Shown in pieces: positions 51,316 through 60,330 of a DNA stretch of 64,000 bases (the stretch's first letter is position 1; every line of letters starts with the position of its first letter). The notes under the pieces were generated by a model. It was not told where the DNA came from and searched no databases. It worked only from the letters and a program-made list of their open reading frames with translations. This DNA comes from a virus, in IMG/VR virus record IMGVR_UViG_3300045988_174823; one strand, given 5' to 3'. Made by a program: the position numbers and the translations under genes.

Positions 51316-51993
51316 CTAAAACCCGAATATCGTCAGCTGACGAGGCGACAGCTGATAGCGTTCGTTGTCGGAAAGATTGGTCTCGAGAATTTCACACGTC
51401 TTGATGTCGGTAGCCACGTTGGCGTATTCACGCACCTTTTCGTTATACTCCTCGCGGCAACGACACATTTCAGGAGTAATCGGGTTCTCCTTTTCCTCGT
51501 CAACAAGCGTACCAGCCAATTGAGGACCGGGATTGCAATCGCGGTCCTCCCAGCTGAAGATACGGAACGGCAGTTCCATCTTGATTTCGCCCGTCCACCA
51601 CGTAGGCGCACTTTCGGTAGGTACGCCACCACACTCCTCAAGTTTACTCTCGATTTCAGCCGAGAGGACTTGCAATTTAGCGTTCAGCGACGGAAGAATC
51701 TCGGCCTTGATTTTGGCCTTGATTTCTTTGCCCAGTTTACTGAACTTGATGTTGGAATCGTAACCGCTGATGGCGTTCATGATATCCGACTTTTCGATTT
51801 CAGCCTGAAGAGCTTCCTTGGCGTCGTTGAAACAAGACTTCTCGATGGCATTGGCCATTTTCTCGAAGACGTTATCCCCCTTTTCCACCTTATCGCTTTC
51901 GGTTTCGTCGCCTACAGGGACAAATCCCTTCAGCATGTGTTCCTGGCGCTCAGCGCGAGCGCTAAGGATAGTTTCACGAATGTTTTCCATCAC
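51316..51993 (-). CDS. hypothetical acidic protein
   Basis: 225-aa ORF. Confidence 0.5.
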   Translation of the reverse strand: MMENIRETILSARAERQEHMLKGFVPVGDETESDKVEKGDNVFEKMANAIEKSCFNDAKEALQAEIEKSDIMNAISGYDSNIKFSKLGKEIKAKIKAEILPSLNAKLQVLSAEIESKLEECGGVPTESAPTWWTGEIKMELPFRIFSWEDRDCNPGPQLAGTLVDEEKENPITPEMCRCREEYNEKVREYANVATDIKTCEILETNLSDNERYQLSPRQLTIFGF

Positions 51994-52174
51994 CGTTGCC
52001 CTGTTTAACAGCCTTGGCGGCCACGTACTTGCCCCACGCCCAATGAGCCACCACTCCCGCTACAAACGAGAATATAGCCACCAGCGTGTGAATAATCTTT
52101 GCCTCATGGGCGTAAATCACCGCAGCAATCGTCAAGACCACTGCAATAATCAGAATCCACATCCACTTTTTCAT
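51974..52174 (-). CDS. small two-TM membrane protein (holin-like topology)
   Basis: 66 aa with TM helices 'WMWILIIAVVLTIAAVIYA' and 'TLVAIFSFVAGVVAHWAW' and a charged C-terminus. Confidence 0.45.
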   Translation of the reverse strand: MKKWMWILIIAVVLTIAAVIYAHEAKIIHTLVAIFSFVAGVVAHWAWGKYVAAKAVKQGNGDGKHS

Positions 52175-52193
52175 AGCGTCTTATCTTGGTTAG

Positions 52194-53186
52194 TTACTTT
52201 ATTAACATTCCGTAGAAGTCTTCAAGCGTGTACGCCTTTTTATAGTTGTATGAATCCTTCGTGTTGGCTACTTCCTCAGCCATCGTCACCAATAATTCTT
52301 CCTGACGCGGCCCATACACCGACGGTGACAACCACGTCAACTGGACGTTGAACAAAATCTGCCCTATTTCTTCGGTGCTCAACGGCACTCCAAGAAATTT
52401 CTCGAACTTGGATTGAATCCACAACGCCATCTTCGTAGAACTATACCCCTGGAATGTAGTCGGCGACGGAAGACGCCCATTCAGTTCTCCTTTCAACGAC
52501 TCTATAAAACGGTTAAATGCCTTATCGCCAAATCCACGACGCACCTTGGGGATATTATCCGACTTATCACCCATCAACACCTTATAGAGCAGAACCTCCA
52601 ACGCTTCAGTCGTGAGTACCTGGATGTCGGCATCCAAGTGTTCATTCCAAAACCCCTCTTTCCCTGGAAAGACGTAGAATTTCATGAACTTGGAGTTGTA
52701 GTTGAAGACCGAAACCGTTGGCGTTATCAACTGCCGAATATCGCTATCGGCCGTGAGTATTACGGTTTCTTCATCGGGGAGTTCATCCAGCGCGAAAGCC
52801 CACAACATCATCAGATCGTCACCTTCAGCGCCTGGCACACGTGTGACAATTAACCCGCGTTTACGCAGCAGCGCTTCAAACTCACCAAGAACCTCTACAA
52901 ATGCGTCGCTCCACGGTTCCTTCACACGCGTGAGGGCGTATTTGTAGTCTTCGTACACCTCACGTCGCCACGAATGAGAGTCGATGACTACCACCACGCG
53001 GTTTACGTCATCGCCAAATCGCCGCACCGCAGCGCACAGGTTCATCACGCATTTACGTATCAGAACCTGGCGCTTTTCGCGGTCGTCCAAGACCTCACAG
53101 AGATCTTCGTTGCGGTAGTACGTCGAAAATATCGAGAACGACAGATGGTACAGGAAATTCCCGTCAAATACGAGGTTTATTTTCAT
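52194..53186 (-). CDS. 5'-3' exonuclease / flap endonuclease (FEN, T4 RNase H-like)
   Basis: 'LVFDGNFLYH', 'VVIDSHSWRREVYEDYKYALTR', 'GAEGDDLM', 'LTADSDIRQL' and 'MGDKSDNIPKVRRGFGDKAF' match the PIN-like and H3TH motifs. Confidence 0.8.
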   Translation of the reverse strand: MKINLVFDGNFLYHLSFSIFSTYYRNEDLCEVLDDREKRQVLIRKCVMNLCAAVRRFGDDVNRVVVVIDSHSWRREVYEDYKYALTRVKEPWSDAFVEVLGEFEALLRKRGLIVTRVPGAEGDDLMMLWAFALDELPDEETVILTADSDIRQLITPTVSVFNYNSKFMKFYVFPGKEGFWNEHLDADIQVLTTEALEVLLYKVLMGDKSDNIPKVRRGFGDKAFNRFIESLKGELNGRLPSPTTFQGYSSTKMALWIQSKFEKFLGVPLSTEEIGQILFNVQLTWLSPSVYGPRQEELLVTMAEEVANTKDSYNYKKAYTLEDFYGMLIK

Positions 53187-54040
53187 TGCGCTATCTGGTT
53201 AGGGTTGGTATTCGAAGCAGCGATACCGCCGCGGGTTATATTAACCTTGCGACCATCCTCAAAACCCATCGACATAGCGTGGCTACTGCCAATATGCCCT
53301 GGGCGGGTGGAGCGTAAATTCTTGTAATTCTCAGCCACGTAGTCGTTCAATTTCTGGTCCGTACGCAGCACCAGCGCGTTCACTTGTACCTGAGCCTGGA
53401 GTTCGCGATCACGCTCTTCTTTAAGACGATTCTGAACGCCTTTAGCTGCCCCGGCCAGATACGACCTCAAGAACGTACCGCGGTGCATCCGCTTTTCGCC
53501 CGTAAATACCCGCATCAGCGCCTGCGAATCGTCATTGCAGTACTCCTCGTAACGTTTCAGTGCCAAACGGTACAACTGGCTCGCCAACACGTCAAACAGC
53601 CATTTTACGACCTCGATATTATGCGGCTCGCCAATAACGACATACTTTTGACGCATTTCACGCACCTCCTTGCCGTTACGGTTTACGCGACACTCACGAC
53701 GTTTACTAACTATCGCGTAGCAGAAATTGTACTTACAAATTCCGTACAGCAGGAATTGATCCCAGAATCCGCCACACTTACGGGACCAGCTGTCGCCGAG
53801 TTTTTCTTCAACGACGTTAGTCGCCTGCTCGTTATCGGCTACCGCGTCCAAGTCGGCCATCGAAAGATTGTACTGGGTGAGGAGATTCTGAATTTTAGCA
53901 GCGGCGTTGGCAGCTTCAGCCTCGGAATTGATGGCCTTTGCTCCTTCGTAGAGCCGCTGCAGTTTCTTCAGTTTCGAGAGAATTGAGTTGATGTCCTGTG
54001 TAGTTTCCATAACCAATTTTGTTTTACGATTCCTTTCCAA
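53183..54040 (-). CDS. DUF2786-type protein
   Basis: The N-terminus 'ILSKLKKLQRLYEGAKAINSEAEAANAAAKIQNLLTQYNL' matches the DUF2786 helix-hairpin pattern. Confidence 0.55.
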   Translation of the reverse strand: MERNRKTKLVMETTQDINSILSKLKKLQRLYEGAKAINSEAEAANAAAKIQNLLTQYNLSMADLDAVADNEQATNVVEEKLGDSWSRKCGGFWDQFLLYGICKYNFCYAIVSKRRECRVNRNGKEVREMRQKYVVIGEPHNIEVVKWLFDVLASQLYRLALKRYEEYCNDDSQALMRVFTGEKRMHRGTFLRSYLAGAAKGVQNRLKEERDRELQAQVQVNALVLRTDQKLNDYVAENYKNLRSTRPGHIGSSHAMSMGFEDGRKVNITRGGIAASNTNPNQIAQ

Positions 54041-54092
54041 GAGCGAAGGTACGGCGAAAAATCGGATTCTCCAAGAGAATTTGAAAAAATTT

Positions 54093-54383
54093 TCAACAAT
54101 CCATCACCAAATTACCTTTCAACTCCAATTCGTACAACCGTTCGGCATCAGGTTTGGCATAGCAGAATATCAGCTTACCACCACCTGCACACGCCAACGC
54201 TTGGCGATACACCTCCTTTATACGCGCGAATTCCTCACTGCGATAAAAATCATAATCGCTAACACACAACTCCCACCACCGCTCTTGATGAGACGCCCAG
54301 GCTATGACACCTGGGCGTTCGGCTTCGATACGCTTTACAGCGGCTAATAGTAACAAGGTATATTTCTGGCGATCGGCTTTCAT
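54093..54383 (-). CDS. hypothetical protein
   Basis: 96-aa ORF with a 4-nt overlap upstream. Confidence 0.45.
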   Translation of the reverse strand: MKADRQKYTLLLLAAVKRIEAERPGVIAWASHQERWWELCVSDYDFYRSEEFARIKEVYRQALACAGGGKLIFCYAKPDAERLYELELKGNLVMDC

Positions 54384-54976
54384 AATGTAGCATCTTCCTC
54401 GCCGAGAGAGCGTGCCAACTCCACCAACAAACGGACGTGCACGTGTTCGTCGGCAACGATCTTATTAATGAGTTGGATAGCCAACGCGGAAGTTACAGTC
54501 GGCGTAGGGTTGTTGGCTTGAATACGCTGACTGAGTTTTTCATACGCAGAAATTGTGTCTTCTTCGGCGACGATATTAATCTGAACAGCTTCGGCTGCGC
54601 TTTTAGTCGTAATGTCCACTTTGGCTGCCGAAAATGCAGGTTGTGATACGTTACCCCCGATGTGGTTAATGAAGTCGCCTAATCGGTCGTAGTGCTTCAT
54701 CTCAGTAAGGGCGATGCCGAGGAACGTTTCGCCAATTTCGTCGAAGAGCATCCGCTGCTGCGTGTACTGGAGAATGGCCGTGAGTTCCGACGTGGGAGCC
54801 GTACCGACGTATGCCTTGTAGAACCACTCAGCCGGAACGCCGTCATCGGGTCTGGCCTTGGAAATATCAGGATAATCAACCGCGTTATTGGCGTAACGCA
54901 TCGACTCTACTAACGCGTCAGCCATCGCTTCGACGTTATCCTGTTTGGCGGGGTTATGTAAGAGAATCGTTTTCAT
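54380..54976 (-). CDS. ferritin-like (Mn-catalase/CotJC-type) di-metal four-helix-bundle protein
   Basis: 'SELTAILQYTQQ', 'ALTEMKHYDRL', 'EEDTISAYEKL' and 'ADEHVHVRLL' give a paired E...ExxH layout. Confidence 0.5.
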   Translation of the reverse strand: MKTILLHNPAKQDNVEAMADALVESMRYANNAVDYPDISKARPDDGVPAEWFYKAYVGTAPTSELTAILQYTQQRMLFDEIGETFLGIALTEMKHYDRLGDFINHIGGNVSQPAFSAAKVDITTKSAAEAVQINIVAEEDTISAYEKLSQRIQANNPTPTVTSALAIQLINKIVADEHVHVRLLVELARSLGEEDATL

Positions 54977-54978
54977 GG

Positions 54979-55503
54979 CTATTTAATCGTTGAACCGAAC
55001 CCTCCGGCGTCGCGCATCGAAGGCGTCAACGTGTCGGTTTCCTCCACTTCAATATACGGCGCAGGGACGATGACCAACTGGGCTACAACGTCTCCTGCCT
55101 TAAATTCCTTGGTGCTCAGATTCACGTTTTGAGGCTTCATCCCCGCAACCTCACCGAAGACGTTGGAAAGTAATCCACAAACGCTCTTGAAGAACCTGTG
55201 AACCAGCGTAGGCAAATGCCACGTCTTCTTGTAACGAGCACGTATCGTGCCGCGGTAGCCAGGGTCGATAACCCCTGGAGCATTACACATCACCAGGTCC
55301 ATTTTTGAACAACGCGAATTCGGGACCAGCAACCCGCAATACCCCCTGGGAATTTCGACGGCGATGCCGGTATCGTATTCGATGTAATCTTCAGTTTCCT
55401 TTACGGTTACAGCCACGAGGTCCAGGCCGTTATCCTCACCACCAGGATGAGCATACGTCGGCAGTACGGCTTCAGGGTGTACTTTCTTGAATTTTACGGT
55501 CAT
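54979..55503 (-). CDS. dut: trimeric dUTPase with ~30-aa insertion between motifs III and IV
   Basis: Motifs I 'DNGLDL', II 'PNSRCS', III 'GVIDPGYRG', IV 'GDVVAQLV' and V 'RDAGGFGST'. Confidence 0.85.
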   Translation of the reverse strand: MTVKFKKVHPEAVLPTYAHPGGEDNGLDLVAVTVKETEDYIEYDTGIAVEIPRGYCGLLVPNSRCSKMDLVMCNAPGVIDPGYRGTIRARYKKTWHLPTLVHRFFKSVCGLLSNVFGEVAGMKPQNVNLSTKEFKAGDVVAQLVIVPAPYIEVEETDTLTPSMRDAGGFGSTIK

Positions 55504-56315
55504 TTCTTGTATCCTTTTAAGTGTAATTTGACTTCTATCATTTCACGATCCTTCATCTCGCCACCCCAGTTGGTACACTTCTTGGTGCGGAGTGTGATGT
55601 ATTCAGGGAACGTTTCCCTTAAACGTTGTGACTCGGCGTTGGAGTTCTCGATAGTTCGGTACACAGAACAACCGCCAGCAGCGTTGGCTCCTGTCATTTT
55701 ATCGAACGAATACTGATACGAAACCACGTTATCCAACCCAGCACGACGCAGGCCACAAGCCAAGGCAAAATCCTCTTTTATAGGCCAATCACTGAACCTA
55801 ACAGGCTGGCTCAGATATTGCTCAATATTCAGCCCCCAAATGGAGAAGAACCGCCCATTAATTTGTACGTCGTGCGTCTTATCGCGGTTGAATGGCCTAT
55901 ACGAAAGAGCCGCCACGGCGTAGGTGTCCAACTGCTCCGCTACCCAGTCAAACATCATCGAATAGATGCATTCCTGGGCCTCGACGGTGAAATTGTCGTT
56001 GTTTACCACTACAGGGGTCTTGGCATCGTCTAAACGCAGTGAGAAAGACACGTTATCGTCTAAGAAAAAGACTCCGCCAAATCCCCTATCAGCGGCCTCT
56101 ACAACAATGTAGTCTCGTATGTCGCCTACACCGCGACATACCGTACTGTATTCCTCGATGGCGGCAACCTTACCGCCCCAGTTGCGTTGGTGAGCGGCCA
56201 ATTCGCCAGGGTGACAGAATACCGTTACGCGGCGACGGGCCTCAGGCGTTAGGCGCTGGAGGGTTTTCTGGCGGTCAATACGACCACGGGTGAATAGTGC
56301 TATCAGAGTTTTCAT
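55500..56315 (-). CDS. GT-A-like glycosyltransferase (paralogue of 36805-37608)
   Basis: DxD-like 'VFFLDDNV'. C-terminal blocks are shared with the other copy. Confidence 0.45.
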   Translation of the reverse strand: MKTLIALFTRGRIDRQKTLQRLTPEARRRVTVFCHPGELAAHQRNWGGKVAAIEEYSTVCRGVGDIRDYIVVEAADRGFGGVFFLDDNVSFSLRLDDAKTPVVVNNDNFTVEAQECIYSMMFDWVAEQLDTYAVAALSYRPFNRDKTHDVQINGRFFSIWGLNIEQYLSQPVRFSDWPIKEDFALACGLRRAGLDNVVSYQYSFDKMTGANAAGGCSVYRTIENSNAESQRLRETFPEYITLRTKKCTNWGGEMKDREMIEVKLHLKGYKK

Positions 56316-56334
56316 ATCACTTAAAACGATGGCG

Positions 56335-59052
56335 CTAACCTAACATATCGAATTTAAATCCGGTAGTCATACGCGACGCCGCCAAGTCGGCCAGCCAAAA
56401 CGACGACGAAATATCATCGTGACTACCGACACTCTCCAGCCCTTTTTCGGTAAAGGCAACGGAACCGAGGTCTTGGAAGATGAGGTCCTTGACCTGCTGA
56501 GAATAAACGTTACCTATCGGGATGTGGATTTTGCCGCGCTCGAACAACGTCGAAAGGTGCGGCCATCCGGTCTTCAGGTCGTACTTATCAATTCCCGTAG
56601 TGTGACCAATAACGGGCATACCCTCGGTGTCGGCTGTCTCGACGAATATCTGTTGGAATGTGTTATTCTCCATCACGATAAGGTCAGGCCGGAAGCGGGA
56701 GTTGATACGGCGCAGAACGTTCATCTGCTCGAAAAACTTGGCACCTTTTTCACGGTAGAGGTGCAACAGCCAGCGCTCGTCGGTCAATTCGTCAATACCC
56801 CATACGCTAAATACGGCGTAGTCGGCGCCGACGTTGGCTGAAATAGCGAAGTCGCACCCGACAACCACTTTAGAGAACTTAATGGGGAATTCTTCGCGCG
56901 AATCAACCAACGTGTAATTTTCCATCCGCAGTAGCGAACGCGTGAGGATTTCCATCGGGAAGATTGACGACTCGTTGGTAATCGGGCGACAAAGGTTCTC
57001 ACGCGAGAAGATGATTGAACCCTGGGTCTCCTTTTTATCCATCAGGTCCTTAAACGACCAACGCTGGGGCCAAAGGATTCGTCCGTCGGGGAAGATGGCT
57101 GGATACTCGATAACGAACCAACCGTTCTTGGTCTTCAGGTCGCCGTAAAGGTCTTCGGCGTGGAACGGCGTACCGACGACGATAATCTGGCCACCAGGTA
57201 CGAGCATATTCATGATTACGGAGTGGAAATAGTCGGTGGACTTATTTCGTTGGAGACTGGAGTAAATGACGTTGTCCTTCAAGCCGTCATCTACGATAAT
57301 CCAATACGGGTGAGCACCACGCACCGACGATCCAAAACCTTTTCCCGTCAAACGTGCTCCGTTACGGCACACGATATTGGTAGCCGACCAGTTGTTGGCT
57401 GTCGATTGGGGAAACAGCCGTTCCTTCAATATCTCGTTTTCCTCAATAGTGCCTTTCAGAATCTCCAAAAGGTCCACACTCTGTTGTAACGAGAACGAGA
57501 ACAAGAATCCGCGATTTGATGAAGCTGCCGCAGGTCGTTTCGAGTAGCGGGTGGTTGACGGCTTCTTGTAACGGTATAGCTGCCACGCGGCGTAGGCGTT
57601 GGAGAAATAGAACGAGTTGTGCGTAACCGTACCGTCACCCAGCACGAAGCGGTGGTCGCCGTCGGTGGTGATAGATATGTAGTCACCTTCACCCGCGGGC
57701 GTGATCTTCAACGACGATACCACCGTAGGGTGTACGCCGTCGATAGTGCCCCAGTCCTTGTGTGACGTCTTGGCGGCCCAGTCGGTTTGGACCTTTTTAC
57801 GAGCGATCTTTACTGGGATGCGGTCCAGTTCACCAGAAATAGTCACGCACCACGACGAATAGTCGCGGCCTAACGCTTTACAATACCGCGTTCCACCACC
57901 CATTCGGGTACAGAAGCCAAGGCTGTCGGCCAAGTTCTTCACGTCACACACCAACTGGTAGTTCGTATTACCGAAGTGATAGCCGCCCTGCCAATAGTTA
58001 CCGTCGGAATCGATCAACCCAGCCAACACCTGAAGACGAACTTCTTCGCTGTTGACGAGGTACTGCTCCGGAATGTGCTTATTGTAGAGCAGGTTGTAAC
58101 CCTTGAGCATCCTTTCCAGCGGGTTACGCTTACCGCGGCCACGAACGTCAATTCCAAGTGTCACTACCATACCATTTTGGCCATAGTGAAGCCCCAAGCG
58201 CTCGGCGTAAGAGTGTAAGTACTCACACACTTCAGGGTCGGCGGTGGTGATCTTCTGGTTGTTGGAGTTGCCGTCGCCTAACCAGTACCCAAGAAAATAT
58301 GGTTCCAACCCCACGGGCCGCGTGGGGTACTGCACTGCCACCTTGAAACCGCGGTAACGTTCCTTCACCCAGTTCGGGGTCTTGCTTAAAAGCGTCGGAA
58401 TATCAATATCCACTATCCGCTTCGACGCTGTAGCGATGGAACCGTTGCGGTCCTTCTCGATCAGCGTACAAATGTGGCGTGAGTTGACGGTGTGGCTATC
58501 ACCGCGCGACTGGTCGATACGGTACATCATCGAATCGTGGCCACGGCGCGTAGCAACCACGCGGCGGGGCTTAGAGTCGATGCCCATCAACAAGTCGCCA
58601 ACCACAACGTCTTCGACCTTTTTGATAGTTCCGTCGTACATTCGGACGGGGGTTCCGACGGCTTCGCACTTTCCGTGGTCACGCGCTGCGTTGATACACA
58701 ATTTCTTGTGGTTATGGACTAATTCACCCCATTCCAGGTGGTGCCACGACAGCTGGAAGTCAGGGATAACAGAGGTGATGAAATACGTCAAGTTGGCGCA
58801 TCGTAGGGTATCTTCTACGACGGCCGAAACGTTTTCTTCGTAGCGGGGTTTGAAGTCAATCGACGCGTCACCCGTGTACATAATACGATATGTGTCCTCC
58901 AACAGAGCGTCGAATATCGTATCAACGTCGTGTATATCGCCACTCATCATCTCATTCAACCCACGCTCGTCCATACCCTCGATTATTTCATCAACGAGGT
59001 CTAAACAAGCCAAACGGTGCGTAACCGAGGGTGCTGTAATCTGAGGTATCAT
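56335..59052 (-). CDS. terL: terminase large subunit interrupted by an intein in the Walker A loop
   Basis: The exteins give 'AARDHGK|S' (P-loop), Walker B 'YWIIVDDGL', coupling 'VVGTPF', and nuclease 'VVGCDFAIS'. Confidence 0.85.
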   Translation of the reverse strand: MIPQITAPSVTHRLACLDLVDEIIEGMDERGLNEMMSGDIHDVDTIFDALLEDTYRIMYTGDASIDFKPRYEENVSAVVEDTLRCANLTYFITSVIPDFQLSWHHLEWGELVHNHKKLCINAARDHGKCEAVGTPVRMYDGTIKKVEDVVVGDLLMGIDSKPRRVVATRRGHDSMMYRIDQSRGDSHTVNSRHICTLIEKDRNGSIATASKRIVDIDIPTLLSKTPNWVKERYRGFKVAVQYPTRPVGLEPYFLGYWLGDGNSNNQKITTADPEVCEYLHSYAERLGLHYGQNGMVVTLGIDVRGRGKRNPLERMLKGYNLLYNKHIPEQYLVNSEEVRLQVLAGLIDSDGNYWQGGYHFGNTNYQLVCDVKNLADSLGFCTRMGGGTRYCKALGRDYSSWCVTISGELDRIPVKIARKKVQTDWAAKTSHKDWGTIDGVHPTVVSSLKITPAGEGDYISITTDGDHRFVLGDGTVTHNSFYFSNAYAAWQLYRYKKPSTTRYSKRPAAASSNRGFLFSFSLQQSVDLLEILKGTIEENEILKERLFPQSTANNWSATNIVCRNGARLTGKGFGSSVRGAHPYWIIVDDGLKDNVIYSSLQRNKSTDYFHSVIMNMLVPGGQIIVVGTPFHAEDLYGDLKTKNGWFVIEYPAIFPDGRILWPQRWSFKDLMDKKETQGSIIFSRENLCRPITNESSIFPMEILTRSLLRMENYTLVDSREEFPIKFSKVVVGCDFAISANVGADYAVFSVWGIDELTDERWLLHLYREKGAKFFEQMNVLRRINSRFRPDLIVMENNTFQQIFVETADTEGMPVIGHTTGIDKYDLKTGWPHLSTLFERGKIHIPIGNVYSQQVKDLIFQDLGSVAFTEKGLESVGSHDDISSSFWLADLAASRMTTGFKFDMLG
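57616..58668 (-). mobile_element. intein (351 aa) with LAGLIDADG homing endonuclease
   Basis: It starts 'CEAVGTPVRMYDG' and ends 'GDGTVTHN' followed by +1 Ser. The two LAGLIDADG motifs are 'LGYWLGDGNS' and 'LAGLIDSDGN'. Confidence 0.85.
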
Positions 59053-59125
59053 AGCTTCGGTATTAATAGCAACACCCAGCAGGGGTCTCGATTCCCTCTG
59101 GGTGTTACCGGGCCTACAACAAAAC

Positions 59126-59602
59126 TCACTTCTTCAAATTTAACACCTTGGCGATGTAACGTTCCATTCCCAGGGTCTCGCGCTGATACACCTCTTCAGG
59201 GTATTCTTTCAAGAGTACGGAGTTGTAACTCTCAATAGCTGCCTCAAGCAACGTAGTCAGCTGTATAATCTTGGCCTTATGAACCGCTGCACGGTCGTCG
59301 GCGTTAAAAGTGAAGCAGAATTTTGTTTTGTTGGCGTCCATTATATCGACGTAACCGAACGTCTGAAGTGTTTCCAAAAGATCCAACGCCTTACGGTGTG
59401 ACAGCGTCGTCTTCTTTACAACCTCTGTACGGGTGAAAGTGCGTTGAGATCTCATCTCTTGCTCCAAAGCGTCTTTGCACAAAATACGAAGCAATTCGAG
59501 TGCTTTGGAAAAGGCCAATTGGCGGTTTTCGTCCTTTTCGGTGTACTGTTTTGCCGCTTCTACCTCCTCGGGTGTTTGAGCGACACGTGTGTTATCTGCC
59601 AT
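59126..59602 (-). CDS. hypothetical protein (positional candidate for small terminase / DNA-binding subunit)
   Basis: 158-aa ORF directly upstream of terL. No motif supports the call. Confidence 0.35.
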   Translation of the reverse strand: MADNTRVAQTPEEVEAAKQYTEKDENRQLAFSKALELLRILCKDALEQEMRSQRTFTRTEVVKKTTLSHRKALDLLETLQTFGYVDIMDANKTKFCFTFNADDRAAVHKAKIIQLTTLLEAAIESYNSVLLKEYPEEVYQRETLGMERYIAKVLNLKK

Positions 59603-60028
59603 TTTGTTTTACAGTTTCTCGTTTTATAGTTGGAAACAACTCGCCGCGGAAACGCACCATAGTCTGTGCCAAATACGCGTACACGTCTTCAGGTCGGGCG
59701 TAGAGATCGTGCAGCGGCAACCTCGCCATGTATTTCAGTTCGTCGTCCTCCGACAGGCGATACACCACGTGAAACGCATACCGCCCGTCTTCAGGGTCGC
59801 GCATAACACCAACGACCTTGACCTCGATGATTTCGATAACCCCTTCGTTGGCCGACAGTATATAGCGCGAATCGCCAACGTTAGGCAGCAGATTGCCCTT
59901 GAGGCGCGTGGCCTTTCCGTTCTGGTTGACGTCCCGCGGGGGGTTACGCGTTTTTGCTTTCCGGCGCCGCTCTTCAGGCGGTTGTAGGCTTGATTGGCGT
60001 CGAATACCTTTTCAGCCAACGAGTCCAA
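59592..60028 (-). pseudogene. gene split by a -1 frame change at a C6 run (frameshifted, phase-variable or programmed slip)
   Basis: The ATG-60028 frame is protein-like only up to 'KQKRVTP', at the C6 tract (plus G6 59938-59943). The -1 frame is then open and protein-like through to 59592 ('PRDVNQNGKATRLKGNLLPNVGDSRYILSANEGVIEIIEVKVVGVMRDPEDG...'). Confidence 0.45.
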
Positions 60029-60073
60029 ATCAGGCGTAATTTGACCGACAGGCTGGTAGCGGTAACGAATCGC

Positions 60074-60280
60074 CTACTTATCGCCCAAACGTTCTACCAG
60101 CCCGTTGGCGGTCAGTACCTCGAAAAGCGGCGGCGTGATTTTGGGACTCAGGCCGTTCTTAGCCAGTATAGCGCCAAACGACGCTCCGGGTTCCAATACA
60201 CTCACCCACTTATTCGCGGAACGCTCCAAGACTTCGGTGATTGACGCCTTAACGCGTTGAATAAATTGTTGCTTGTTCAT
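60074..60280 (-). CDS. small winged-helix-like protein ending at a TAG that is in frame with the next ORF
   Basis: 68 aa. '...LFEVLTANGLVERLGDK*' is in the same frame as 'AIRYRYQPVG...MDSLAEKV'. Confidence 0.45.
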   Translation of the reverse strand: MNKQQFIQRVKASITEVLERSANKWVSVLEPGASFGAILAKNGLSPKITPPLFEVLTANGLVERLGDK

Positions 60281-60330
60281 TTTCGTTGTACAGTTTTTGT
60301 TGTTAGACGCACTGTATAACGTTGGCTATT

